NCBI GenBank assembly: GCA_963693365.1
Contig: CAVNZM010000009.1
Coordinates: forward strand, 1,552,231 to 1,616,230
Direction: 5' to 3'
Source of the DNA: Amoebidium appalachense
Lineage: Eukaryota; Protista; Ichthyosporea
DNA length: 64,000 nt
The notes below the pieces were generated by a model that saw only the letters and a program-made list of their open reading frames with translations, did no database searches and was not told where the DNA came from. Shown here one piece after another: positions 43,008 through 57,060 of this stretch; positions within the stretch are counted from its first letter, which is position 1; each line of letters starts with the position of its first letter. The position numbers were made by a program, and so were the translations under genes.

Positions 43008-44143
43008 CACACACACACATAAATGGATGCACCATTATTATATTTACATCCCCCTCGGAAAAGTGAAAAAAAAATAAACACATCTGAATGTTATTTCAAG
43101 CCCCGTCAACCTTCTGCACGGCCAGGGTCGGCATCCTCAGTGTCCACACAAGGTACAAGGTTAGAGAGCGTACAAGCGCGCCATTACGAGATGTCATTAA
43201 AACAAAGATATATAACGTTGATTTTTTTGTGTGTTTAACAATGTCTACCTATGCCACGGTGTGCGTCGGTGTAGCCGCTGTAGCGTGGCCGGATGACTCT
43301 GCTGCTGTGTGTTTGTGAGCGTTTCCCCCTAGAGGACATGTGTTGCCTTCACCAATCGGCGCCCGGGTGTGATATCTATCATTCCTATGGGGCTTACGCT
43401 GATTGGATAAAGGTCATAGCTAGCACCAGCCGGTGCATAATGCATTGCATGGTTATTTTTTCAGGTGGCACGGTCGTGTTTGTCAACGTTTGCCACCCTC
43501 TGCTCTACTACACCTGTGCTAAGTCAGAGCTGCGCAGTGCCCCTATAACAATGGTTGAAAAAGACCCAAGTGCCCCCGCCGGGGCCAAGTGTCAACTGGC
43601 ACACAGCATTAGCCGTTTCCTAGAAAGTAGCCCACCTTGCCAGACAACATCAGACGAGCATAAACGCCCTGCACATGAAAAACTAAGCCTTATGTCTCGT
43701 TTTATATATACTGACCGCCTCAACCATATTGCCAAATATGGCACTCGCAAGTGTATAACACCTAAATACATATTACCTTCCTGTAGAACTGGTCTTTCTC
43801 TAGCTGATGGTATTATTGATCAATTACCACGCTTTTACTGTACACGTGCTATACAGTGGAGATCTAATAAGTATAAGGTGGCATCATTTGCATGCCCAAA
43901 CAACACACACACACACCAGTTTAACCGGTCATGTATCGCCAAATGTAGTTTGATAGACCACATAATACCGCAACACACACACGTCACATTCACAACAGAC
44001 ACCCAGAAAGATAGCCTACCTGTAAATTACAACATCCTTGATTTTATACTAAACACGCGTAACTACGACCTGTTTATTAGATGTATTGATTGGCTTGAGA
44101 AACACATCACTACAAAATTATAGCGCACGCGCACACACACACA

Positions 44144-44208
<65 letters not shown>

Positions 44209-44239
44209 CAGCTGATACCGAGTGTCCCGAGGGGAGCCC

Positions 44240-44278
<39 letters not shown>

Positions 44279-44476
44279 GGGGAACCCCAACTAATTGATT
44301 TCTCCTTGTAGTCTTTATGGTGTCTCGTAGAGAAAGTAAACCCTGATATATAGTCACCACCCGACATCTATGTACGTGATCATGATATACCGCTGAGGGG
44401 ATATTCCGAGCAAACCCCCCCCCCCCCATACCTGAGACTGGTTCTCTTTGCCTCGAGTAAACAGCGTAAACCCCCC

Positions 44477-45951
44477 TGCACATACACACTCTAGGAAGCA
44501 AGAAAATCACGGCGAGTACTGTGACAGCAACAGAACATACAGCTCGCCATCATACCACCCTTATTACCCCAGCGGGTACTACCAAGCTATTTATCCCTTT
44601 CAAACCTACCCCTATCACGCCCATCACTATCCCCAACCTAGACCCTCAACCGAACATCAAGGTTACCATGCACACAACCAGACCTACCATTCCACACAAG
44701 GAGACCACAGATACTTACCGCTAACCAGCGAATCAGACCGAGGGCAAGCTCTGTCGGGCCGCACTTTCCAAACCCCCGCTCCCTCAGTGGTTGCTGGGTC
44801 AGAACCGGCCAAGCAGTCAATAGCAATCAAAGTGGAAAGACCGGTAGGTTCCTAAAGCTTATATTGACTCATTTTGCCTTTCGTTGTCTTCCCCCCCTTA
44901 TTAGTTTTATTTATTTAGATTCGATTGGCACACACCATAAGATATAAGTTTGCAAGAGAGAGGGTTAGAGAGAGCTAGAAGCACAAGCGAAGTTGACAAA
45001 GTGTGTTTGCACCGTGCGTGTGTTGTGTGCGTGTGTGCGTGCATGCGCACTTGTGTTATATGTGTGCATACTTGCTTCGTGCACATCGTGTGTGCAGTTT
45101 TCTGTGTGTACGTGGGTGTATACTGTGGCTAAGATGAACAAAGAGGGTGGAGCAGCGGGAAGGGAGATTTTGGAAAACTCATACATCGTTGTCGTCATGT
45201 GTGTGTGAAAGCTGATTCTCTTTGGATAAGGATCAGCTTTCACAAGCACAAATAAACACAGTTAATCCACCCGGTACTTGTTCAATCAGGCACTTTAGGT
45301 CGCACTTCATTCTCTCCCGTACACAATCCTTGAGGTTTGAGCTTCCAAGAGAAAAGCACATACAGGTGGTTTATCCGGCCGTGTTATATACCCAGGGTCA
45401 ACATACGGTACATATACTCAGGACGGAGTATATTGCACATATCGGCTCACTAGGGCGCCCCTGTCCGTCCTGGTTGTTTCCCGATTCCAAGCAGTCACAC
45501 TTGCTTACTTGTGTTCCTCTGCAATTAACTCCTTCTGCTATTTCTTACATCAGAATGCTTTCACTTACTTGACAATTATGGTCATAACATAAAACTTGTT
45601 TTTCATTCTTCTCACTTCTATTGCTTGCAGCCCAAGGCAGCCCGCCAGCCGAGCCAAGACACCGGTGCCGTGACTGCCAGCCCAGCCAATGACGACAAAT
45701 GCACAAACTGCGAAACTACTTCTACAACCCTGTGGCGCCGTTCAGCAGAGGGGTTGGTGGTGTGTAACGCATGTGGCCTGTATGAGAAACTGCACGGTGT
45801 GCCACGACCAAAGGGCCTGTGTGCTAATCCAATTCGAAAGAGAAACAGGAAACTTTCTGTGGCTGCGCGTAATGGGACTTCGACATCTCTGGCACAGCTG
45901 AGGTTGGTAGTGCCCAGAGAGGCTGTTTCTGCCGGTGGGGAGGCAAATTGA
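44477..45951 (+). CDS. GATA zinc-finger transcription factor (exons ~44477-44843 and 45631-45951; start codon unresolved)
   Basis: [44 protein letters not shown] (C-x2-C-x17-C-x2-C). The Tyr/His/Pro-rich upstream exon ends CCG|GTAGGT, phase 0 with TTGCAG|CCC. Confidence 0.8.
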
Positions 45952-46530
45952 GCATGTGGTCAGTGGGTCACCTTGCTGAACATAAGGTTATGTTTTTGGT
46001 GCTTTTCTTTCCACACCTACAATAACTGTTACGTTCTACCACCGGTTGAAGATTCTAATTCGAATAATAGAGTTGCTTGCTGCTTTGAGACACTTTTGTA
46101 TTATCGGAGAGGTGCTGGGGGGGGAAACAAGTTGTACGAACAGATGTGACTATCCACTGAATGTGTTCGTACAGTCCTTAACACACCTAACACATTCCCC
46201 TATTCGCTTTTGTTTCCGTGGCCGCTTTGTAATTCACAAGTCCGTAAACTTTTTCGTATGTTGTAGTAAACCTCTAGTCGTAATGGTGTTAGTGCCATGA
46301 TTAATCGTGAAACACTTGTAGGTCTGCAGCTAGCATCGGAGTGTTAGCGCGTAATAAAGAGGCCACGGAACGAGCTTAGGGGTGGTGGCAGTGGTTTTCA
46401 GTTATGTTGATACACTGTCGTCTTGCCCGAGCCTACACGGGTAGAGAAGTACAGTTGACATTAGTAACTACTGGAGCTGCCGGAGCTTGCACGTGGGTGG
46501 TTGGTTCTCGCCCCCCTCTCCCCCCCCCCC

Positions 46531-46571
<41 letters not shown>

Positions 46572-46767
46572 GGTAAATAAAGCTTTTGCGCTAATACACT
46601 TCTGTTTTATTGTCATAGGTTGCTTATCTACCTCAAATAGTTGAACGGAGAAAAGGCAAAGAGAAACTATTACAAAGGAGGGTGAAGTGTGCAGTGCACC
46701 TTAACAGCTGTGCTGCGATATGCTGAGTATTTTTACCTGACAACTTGTGGCTAGAAACTGGACGAGT

Positions 46768-46814
<47 letters not shown>

Positions 46815-47129
46815 CTAGAGCCAGATGCACAAGCAATGTCACTGAGTACTGAGCAAGAATCGGTCAGAAAAGTGTGTGTGTGTCTGTGTGTGTGTGTTTG
46901 TGTGCGTGTGTGTCTGTGTGTCTTGTGTGTCTGTTTGTGTGTATTTTCCAATGAGGAGGGGGCGCAAAAAAGGAGGAGGGCTAGGAGAGCGGCAGCCAGG
47001 CAGAAAGGAGGGAGAGAGAAAAAGAGATACATGCACACAAGCGGTGTGCGCGCGCGTGCGCGCGCACACACACACACACACATGCACCGTAGGAGCACAC
47101 AGACGCACACCACACACACAAGGGGCCGT

Positions 47130-47177
<48 letters not shown>

Positions 47178-47405
47178 CGCACACACACACACACCACGTG
47201 CACGCACACACACACACACACACACAAACACATGTTGTGTATAGAGACTCGGAGGGAGAGAGAGGGGGAGAGCGAGAGGGAGCGAGCGAGTATGATCATG
47301 AGGGAGGGAGAAGAGGGTGAGGGACAGAAAGAGACAGTCTCCAGACAGACAAAGAGAGAGGGGGAGAGAGAGAGAGCGGCACAGGGGGGGGGGGGGGGGG
47401 AAGAA

Positions 47406-47436
<31 letters not shown>

Positions 47437-47468
47437 CTCTCTCTTGAAACAAACACACACACACACTT

Positions 47469-47504
<36 letters not shown>

Positions 47505-47565
47505 TCACACACACATGCAAAGAGATATATATAGAGAGAGAATGCAGAGAGAGGGGAAGAGGGGA

Positions 47566-47686
<121 letters not shown>

Positions 47687-47877
47687 CTCTAAGGGCGGAG
47701 GGGGGGAGGGGGGGGAAGGGGGAGGGGGGGAGGGAGGCAGGGAGGGAGGGAGAGAGAGAGAGAGGAGAGACATTTGGAGAGCGAGAGAGAGAGCGAGAGT
47801 TTAGAGAGAGAGAGAGAGATCTAGAGAGAGATCTAGAGAGAGATCTAGAGATCTAGAGATCTAGAGATCTAGAGATC

Positions 47878-47955
<78 letters not shown>

Positions 47956-47978
47956 GGGGGAGGGAGGGAGGGAGGGGG

Positions 47979-48018
<40 letters not shown>

Positions 48019-48153
48019 GGAGGGAGGGAAAGGGAGAGGGAGAGGGAGGGGGGAGGGAGGGAAGGGGAGGGGGAGGGGGAGGGAGAGGGAGAGGGGGAGG
48101 GAGAGGGGGAGGGAGAGGGAGAGGGAGAGGGAGAGGGAGAGGGAGAGGGGGGG

Positions 48154-48187
<34 letters not shown>

Positions 48188-48466
48188 GAGAGGAGAGAGG
48201 AAGGAGAGAGAGAGAGAGGGGGGGGGGGAAAGAGGGAAGAACAGAAAGCAAGGCCTCCTAGTCAGATACAACGTGGAAAGCCTAAGAAGTGGTTTGAGAA
48301 TTGGGTTCATGCCTATTTGGACACCAGGGTTGGCGAGTATGGAGTCGGGTTCGTTAGTAACCAGCTCTTCTCCTGCACAATACCACATATACTCGACGGA
48401 ACTTGCGTTGCATACACGTATTTAGGGTAACACCCCAGTATGTGCCATCATCTCCCCCCCCCCCCC

Positions 48467-48676
48467 AGTTCAGTTGATGCTGCTGTCTGAGTTGGAGAGT
48501 CGTATATACGCGGGCTAAGGGGTCGAAACTCAGACGCAATTGATGACTTGGGCCCTCCCTGAGGATTGGCTCTGCTTATAACGCATACTGTGCGCATGGC
48601 TGATGTTGCATACTTGAATGTTTGCCTTTGCATGTGTCCTTCGTGTATGCGTACTTCATACCGTGTTCCGCATTCC

Positions 48677-48678
<2 letters not shown>
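48467..48678 (+). mobile_element. Poly-C-terminated dispersed repeat copy
   Basis: ORF remnant ..GRNSDAIDDLGPP*, then a shared 3' UTR ending GCATTCCAA-polyC; poly-C also lies upstream. Confidence 0.7.
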
Positions 48679-48716
<38 letters not shown>

Positions 48717-50239
48717 TCCCGCCCCCACTGAACGGGGTCCCTACGACCGAACTGACAGACAGCATTGGCAATCTTATTGGGAATGCTGACGTGGAATACG
48801 ATTGGTATTTAATCACGCAAAACAAAGGGGCGTTTGTGAAGCCCTGGATTCAACAGTGAGCAAGTGAGCATGCGCATGCACACGTCAGCAGTGCAGCCTG
48901 CAGCTGGGCCTTTTGCCGTGCATGTGTATGTGAAATAGCTCGTCCATATGTTTTTAGTGTTATACTTTAGAAATAAAAACCAGGAATCAAAATAGGAAAT
49001 ATAGGTTGCTAGATTTTGACATTCACAACGTCCGCGGCAATGATTGTGCATAAATTGGATCCCGATGCGCATGCATGCACGATCCTACACAATACATGTA
49101 CATATGTTTGTTAGCTGCGGTACTAATTCGCAGCGTATACTGCAGCTACGAACAGGCGGCTTGCATGTCGGATATTCACCATGTCGGATATTCACCAAGT
49201 TCAGGTTTGCGAGCGTCTACTCTACTGTTCGCATATGCATGATAATTGTTATAACCCACCGATTCCGCATTATTATGTTACAAAAGCATTTATAAGTTTG
49301 CCAATTGCCAAGTGGAACTTGCAGGGTTCGAACTCTCACAGTCGCCGAAAATCTCCATATACCCAGAAGCTCTGAAGTTTTGTGGAACCGTATCGACGAA
49401 ATTGGTTTTTTATTTCAATGCTACGTTGACTTACGTATTATTTCTACTCTCCATGCAATATTATATACATAATGTGTCTGAAAACAAATTTGGATTCAAA
49501 TATCTGTAAGATAATTGCGACTTATTTAAAAACAAGCACTTTTTGACAGAGTATCTCATATTCACAATTCACTGAAAATTGATTGAGCCATAAGTTTAGA
49601 AAACTTTGATTGGACAATGTTTGATTCGTGGATCGATTGGCATGGCCGGGGCCACCCAAGATCTCCGCGAGTCTTTCTCTTCGGAGTGTTTGTAGCTTGT
49701 AAAGCTACCAAAAGAGAAGGCTAATTAATTTTCTGTTTTTATAAAGGGGAAAAAAGTATGTTTGTGAGAATATGCGCCTGATGTATCGCCATCAGTACGG
49801 GATGCGGTATGCGCCGATAATCAGGCAGATCATGTCCACCGATAAAATGTTCTAAAGTGGTCACTTTTGCCCACCTTGACCAATAAGAAAAGGTGACAAG
49901 CTGCCTTGTAAGTTTTTGTGTACACTGCGGTCACCGTTCAACACCAAGTCACGTTTGTCATAGGAGCGAAAAAAGGTATTCAGACACAAGTTGGGGCCCA
50001 AAAGGTGTGACTGACTTACCTCCCAGCAAAATTGTATACACTTCACAGCACTATATGGGCACGTAGCTCCGTTAATTCTTTTCAACCATTTTTCCCTAGA
50101 ATTTATGCAGCCAACGTTCGTCGATGTTGAAACGCACACACGTGGGTAGGGGCCCCAGGCTGCACGCTGGCAGGCCCACACACAGGCCCTTGCAGCCGCA
50201 ATGCAACAATAGAGGCAGTTATTAGCTTGCCTGGCGGCC

Positions 50240-52223
50240 ATGAGCCAGCAAAGGCACACGCAAACAGGCGACATGACCACAGACTTTGGTCTCGGCTACA
50301 CGCAGACGGCGGTGCTGCAATCACAGAGTGGGACCCTCGGCCGACCAAGATACCAAGAACGCCCGGGGTCCCTTCCTTGTGTCAACCTTAGCATGGCTGC
50401 GCTGTCTTTGCAAGCCCCTGAACAAACTCGTCACACACAGTCTTTGCGTGCAACATCACAATTGGGGGGCCAGGGCAGTGCGTTTCGTAGAGTGGAGGGG
50501 CAGCTTGGTATGTCAGCAAGTGGCACGAGGTCTTTGGGCTTAGTGGAAGCACCCAACTATAGTGCATCCTTGACACCCGCACAGTCATGGCTACGCCCTG
50601 GGTCGGTTACGCCTGTTCGCACAGAACTTGATTCATACACACCCACGAATGTTTTTTTTTTCGGACCTGTCTTTGTCGCAGCAGACCGCCCCGTGTGAGA
50701 ACGTCGTACGGACCAATATGGGGGCTAGTCTGTATGTGCCCACCGGCGCATCGCTTCAACAGCGTACGACAAACCGTTTCTTAAATCCACCGCCAAATTT
50801 ACGCTACCATGCGCAGAATATGGCACCTGCCTCTGTGGGGCCAGCAGAGTGTCTTTACTCCTCCGTGCCTGGTATGCAAGTCCCCCAACCTGTCAACATT
50901 ACCTTTGCACCAGCATACACGGTACCACGACACACGTCAGCAGCTCAGACGGGTTTGGTACGGTCACAGAGTGGTCTTCCTGCAGTCAGCACCACTGCGT
51001 CGTTATACAGTCAGGTGGGAGGTATGGCTGGCACGCATCTTCGTGTGCCTGTGCAGAGTAGCACACACCTGCCCCCCTCCTCGCTCGACTGGCCGTGGAT
51101 AGCAGACGGAGACCTGGAGGACAGATTTGACGTTTATTCTCAACAACCAATTCGCTCTGCAGGGATATCCCGTAGTGGCACCCCTGACACGGCAAAGGAT
51201 ATTTATCATACTAATTACAATAGGCCGGCACAGCCATCCAACCTCACCTACCATCAGGCACTGCAATCGTATCCCTTCCTTAGGTCTATTCTACCCGCCC
51301 CAGATGTTTTCGGTTATTCCACAAACCCCTTTACTCTACAGGTTCCGGATATTCCCGATGCCTTTGGTATGTCGCATGATTGTCAAGCAGGTGGCCAGTT
51401 TTCACTAGACCCGCAAAATACTGCAAATACCCACTTCCACCCGTTGCCGCTCAAAGATTTCATCCAGATTATCATGAAGGACGGTAGTGTCTCACGTTCT
51501 GCATTTGTACTCTCTCTCATCTACCAGGCACGTGCGTCGCGACGGCCCAGTTTCGATTCCCTTTGCCGTCACTGTTCGGCGCTGGGGTGTCTAATTTTGG
51601 CCGACAAATTTATCCAAGATGTCTCGACAACCTTGGGTAATTGGGCGGAATGGGCAGGGATGACTCTGGCGGAGGTTAGCCAGGCGGAACGGCAACTGCT
51701 GTGGCTTCTCGACTTCGATTTGTTCGTGTCGGAGGAAGAATTTCGCGACTGGGCCGTGTGCTATCTACAGAGCACCACCCCTGCCGATGTTATGGACCAC
51801 CAGCGCCTGTGGGGTGACTTTACCACCCCGGTAGTGTCCCCACTTCCTCTGTCGGTGCGAGCAAACGGTTTGACGTCACGTGCAACGTTCATTGCCTCGC
51901 CGGCACGCAGGCGCCACTCCCCCTTCCCTGCAGCCGCAGCAAGTCGACCCGGTCGGGCGGCTGCCAGGCGATCTTCGTTTGTGACTACCCAGAGGCCGGA
52001 GGTTCTCTTTGGTGGATCTGGGCGCCATCTTGGGCTGGATGCTCCCATGACCACTGAGCATTTGCCACAACCAGCGGAGATGGGGGCATATGAGTGGCCC
52101 CCCCCTGTCGAGTATCCTGCAACACAGTACCTGGGGGTGGTGAATAGGCCAAACACAGCGGGACACTGTCCAGGTTCGGCGGAGTTTCCTTATTCTGTCT
52201 TGGATTTCAGTCTGCAAAATTAG
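50240..52223 (+). CDS. PHO85-type (Pcl/Clg1-like) cyclin, intronless; frameshift at T10 50652-50661
   Basis: Cyclin box PLPLKDFIQIIM..SRSAFVLSLIY..GCLILADKFIQDV..NWAEWAGM..EVSQAERQLLWLLDFDLFVSEEEF. Removing one T joins ORFs 50240-50698 and 50628-52223. Confidence 0.82.
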
Positions 52224-54038
52224 AAGATGGTGTACAGCCGCGTGGTTCTCTAGCAACATATGGTTTGGTTTGGTATGAAAACTGTCTTTATTTATACAGA
52301 TTGCTATGCACCTGGGCTTTCTTCCTTGTTATTTGCACGGCATCTTGTTATTTGCACGGCATCTTCTCAATTGTGTATACGTTTAACACTTTAAGGTGCT
52401 CACTGGCTGGGGCCTGTGTGTTGCGGAATGAATGAACACGTTTTATTGGTTTTTCATAAACGTTGCGCTTGAAATTAATGCCTTCACATACGAAGATCTG
52501 CTCTTGGGTTAGAAATACAACATTTCTTGTGCAAGCCACTACAGCGAGAGAACACGTGTGGGCTCAACAATCACCAGTGGCATGCGGGGTTTTTTTAAAT
52601 CATACGAATTACTTTTCTTTGGCTTCAAAAATACGCCTTATTTATTTGGCACACATCTACACATCTGCACGTGCTGTGTTTGCACGTGCTCGAGAGCTCG
52701 TTTATCACTATGCCGCTTTGTCGGACACAGCAACCCAGGCTACTTCAACCTTGATAACGAACTGGCATGGCCAATGTGCCTAAATGTTTCTTTTCAACTA
52801 GCTAGTGTACACCAGCAATACAGGATACTTGCATTTGTAATCATTATTGGACGGGGGGCACCGCGGGGGAGGGAGGGGCGGCGCTCGAGGGGAGGGGGAG
52901 GGGAGAGAGAGCCTGGCCTGGGGGTGGGGAGGAGGGGGGGGTAGAGAGAGAGAGGGGGGGGGGGGAGGGGGGCTCTTGACGATCTCAGCATGCGTCAGAT
53001 TATGTGGTATTCTTTAGGTTTCTAAAATTCTTCTGGCTGTGGTGTCTTTCTTACAAATGGCACCTGACTCACCAATCCTGTGAGCATGCTCAACATGCAT
53101 ACACTTGCAACGTTGTACATGTTTATTATACAAATGACACTACGTATACATTGCCAACCTGAGGGGTTGGCCTATCTCTGGCTGGTGGTATCAATAACCA
53201 CTTTCAGTGGCAAGATTTCTTTATGGCATTTGCCTTGAAGTTCCTGAGCCAAGTTATTTCACTGATATGCCGATGTACGCTGCTACAAGAGGTTGTGGTG
53301 GCTTCTAGGTGTTGCGCGCATGCCTCAACAGTAGCACACCTGCACAAACACACACACGCACCGGTATACTAACAATTGCACGCACGCGCGCACACACACA
53401 GGCACACAGCTGCAGGCACACATGTACGCACACAAATTTTCGACAACAGCACACACGAACACACAAACATGCGGGCACATGCGCGCACACACACGCACGC
53501 ATACAGCACACAATATATCCACAAAACACGCACAACAACACACAAGCAGATGCTGAACATATAAAGAACCCAATAAAAAAAAAAAGAGGAAAAAAAATAA
53601 AAAATAGTCGTCTTCCGAAGGCGTTCTGAGGCCGCGTCGTCACTTCTCAGACCTGGTCACCTAGTCTCCAAGGCTATGTACCCGCTGGCTTACGCCATCG
53701 GAGACCAATGAAATCGGTATGAACGGAACTCAGACAGATACGTAGGGAGCCCCTACGTAAGTGGCAGGGGCGGCCTACGACGCTGCGGGACGTCTCCGGC
53801 GGGGTCCTTCTAGCTGTAATGACCAATCAGATCGTTCAATATGTAATGACCAATCGGAACGCTCATAGATTTTAAAGAGATCATTTAGTCCCATTTTATA
53901 AAAAAGCCTGGGCAAGCGGATCATGTCTTTGTTTTACTAGTAGGCTGGATTTACGTCGTTATAAACCAATCACCGTTCGTAAAGCCAGATCCGATCACAT
54001 GCGATCAAACTTTGTCTAATGACTGCATGGGAAGCTAA

Positions 54039-56073
54039 GGGCCTGTTTGGCAACCCGGGTTTAGGGTCCTAAATCCGGATTACGGGCGATTTTGGGTTTA
54101 GCGCTAAATCCAAATCTCAAAATCCAGCCGCTGCCAAACAGACGGCCAGATCCGGTCACGTAAATCTGGGTTTCAAACCCCTCGGACATGGCCGTAATCT
54201 GGATTCCACTAATCCACCTCGGGAGGTGGATTAGCGCGAAATCCTTTCAGGTCCTGAATGTCCGACCCAATGAATGTTCATTTTATGGAACTGTATATGG
54301 TGTCCTTTTGCACCAATCGTCGATAGTTTGAAGTGGCCAAAAAAGGATTGTTGAAAGGGCGCCAAACCAAACTTCCGTTGCTGGCAGCATGTGGATACTG
54401 AGTGGGCTAGCGCTGCGACAGCTGTGCCTTGAACTGCGACACCTGCACCAACGCACGGACTTGCACGTGGGGAACGTTATAAAAACAGACACGCACCTCA
54501 CTTCTCATTCTTTTCCTACCCTCTGCGGCCGTCCAGCCCGAGTCTTCCAGTAGCACAGTACACTTGTAGATAATCTTGTTTGAACCGACAAGATGCCTAT
54601 AATTTCTTTTTTTTTCTTTTTTTCTTTTTTTTTCTTTCTTTTTTTTGTTATGGTGTGGGCGCGCGGGGGGATAGTGCAAGAAACATCTTTTACGTGTAGA
54701 AGTGAGTATGATGTAGTGATCACCGTTTGAAATCATTGTTTTAGTGTTCGGCCTCGCCGCCTGGTGCAGCATTAGTAGGAATACAAAAGTACTCAGAATG
54801 ACCTTTGCAACATCGTGCAGAAAGGTGTGTGTGTGTGCAGTTTTTTTCTTTTCTTTTACCTACTATCTTTCTTTGAGGGGGGGGGGGGGGGGGGGACGGG
54901 GACGGGACGGACACATGTCACTGCACGATTCAGTGCTCATTTACTATTCACCAGGCACCCTGTGCCCTGCTCGTGTAGTCAACCCACATAGCTGCAGCAA
55001 TTTGATCTCTTCTGGCATCTGCCTCTGCCTCGTCTTCTTGTTGGTTTTGGTTGCCCCTGCCTAACACAGAGTTAAAAAACATCAAGGCCTTTACATCAAG
55101 CATACAGTCTTATAAATCATCCCCCTACCCACCCCCTCCTTTCCCCTGGTTCCCCACACACACCAACAACGCTGCCGCCGCTCAGAGGCACACTCCATCC
55201 CAACTCGAGCAATATCAGTCACACCACAAAAACCACATCAAAAAAACGTGCAGACGCACACTCCAACCCATCTTGACCCGTTGCCCACCACAAAACCAGA
55301 GAACAAAATAAAAACAAAAATAACTGAAAAACTGGTAGAGGAAGAGAAACAAAACCAAATGCAACCAAAGACTTACCACGTGTAGGCAAGTTGTGCTGCT
55401 CTTCGTCTGAGTAGTGGCCATGCTCCTCCGCGTTGTGCTTTTTTATAAAGTTCATAAGTAGAAAGCACACAAGAATGATCTTCGAGAGCATCTTAGGACA
55501 GTAGTTGGTGGCTTTCTGGAGTATCTGAAAGCGGTTTTTCACCTCTCTTCAATGAATGGAGCCAACTTCTCAATTAACTCCCTTGCAACATATGGACTCA
55601 CGCGTAGGACATCGTTCACCCTTGTCTCGTGAGCTGTGCCAAGCAGTTCTTGCACATACTCTCTACCACTGAGCGGGGAAGTACGACAGGGCTCTTTGAG
55701 CTCTGGGCTATAGGTCAAGGCTGCAATCGCAGCCAAAACGGCTATGTTCCGGGCTGCATACATGGTGAGTGTCTCAAATAAAACCGTATACAACTCAGCA
55801 CTTTCGTGGTTTATTACTGCTTATCACTATGGTGTATATGTGTAGCGGGTCTGCAATTGCAAGTCACCGACCGGTGATGAACAGCGTGACAGCTGCAGAG
55901 CAAATCTAACCCGAAATCGTACGTGGGCTGTTTGGCATCCATGGGTTATCTACCCGGCTTAACCCAGGTTTCGGCTGAGATCCGGATTCTGCAGCATAAT
56001 CTGGATCTCGATTTTGATATCCAGATATCCCCCGAAATCCAGATTACACTAACCCGCGTTGCCAAACAGGCCC
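54039..56073 (-). mobile_element. Internally deleted PIF/Harbinger DNA transposon
   Basis: TIRs GGGCCTGTTTGGCAAC / GTTGCCAAACAGGCCC with TAA TSD. The transposase N-terminus (RTSPLSGREYVQELL) abuts the C-terminus (KNRFQIL..IILVCFLLMNFI) at ~55540. Confidence 0.9.
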
Positions 56074-56697
56074 TAAGATTTCAGTTGCGAGACGCCTGCG
56101 GCAAACATACAGGGTATGTTGTAGGCAGACAGCACTCCTGTGGCTGGTAGTGCGGTGCGAGCGCAGCCAATCAAATAATATACAGAACAGGTCCCCACTC
56201 ACATGTTTTCCTGTATAACTGTTTATGGTAAGTGGCTCACCACACACCTAGCGAGCGCGCAACACTCTCCGCAACTCCGAAGTTCGAATGTACCAGTGTA
56301 TCCGAGAGCAGTGCTAATGTTGTCAGTGTGTGTTGTTGACTCTTAGTCCCCTGTGATTTTATTAGTGTAGGCCACAGTAGGTTCGGGGGTGTAAGGTTTG
56401 TTGACTCCCAAGTGTCCTAGCGCGTTTGACGACACTGAGACCAGTGCGCCGCAATGACTCGTAGCAGTAAACCCTCCCTGTAGCTGGAACCTGTGTTCCC
56501 TGACTTTTCCTACGTTTCTGGAATTGCAGAAAGCGCACGAGTCACAGACGTCGTCAATGAGTCTTCAGGTTCAGGTTGAAGCTCATCACCAGGCATAGGT
56601 TTGTCTCCTTGCTGCCTTACATGTTTTGCATTTTGATAGTGTTTCTGTTGTAAACGCTTTTATTTTTTTTTTATTTTTTTTTTTGGTGTGTGTATGT

Positions 56698-56791
<94 letters not shown>

Positions 56792-56850
56792 GTGTGCGTA
56801 TGTGCGTGCGTGTGTGTGCGTGTGTGGTGGTGGCGGTGGTGGTGGTGGTG

Positions 56851-56900
<50 letters not shown>

Positions 56901-57029
56901 GGAGCTCATATTCTTTACACGCATGGACGGTTCTTCTCCTGCTGAAGCTGCGATCTCTTGTAGTTAGTCCTTGCACCTTTCTTTTTTGCCAGTTTCCTTC
57001 CACATGTCCTCCTCCTCACCTCCCTCCCC

Positions 57030-57060
<31 letters not shown>

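Noticed and set aside
43293-44123. 276-aa ORF
   Set aside because: No recognisable domain and non-coding-like composition; may overlap the GATA 5' region.
41182-44476. 3.3-kb TIR transposon bounded by the inverted 56-bp copies
   Set aside because: No shared outer TSD; the left copy has its own TSD inside another element.
47818-47880. (GATCTAGA)n run
   Set aside because: A simple-repeat variant within a GA tract.
53600-53815. RNase P/MRP RNA (CTCAGAC motifs)
   Set aside because: P4 halves are not in the required order or context on either strand.
56557-56600. ATG 56557 as the WDR24 first exon
   Set aside because: No phase-compatible donor without a stop was found, so the start is left unresolved.
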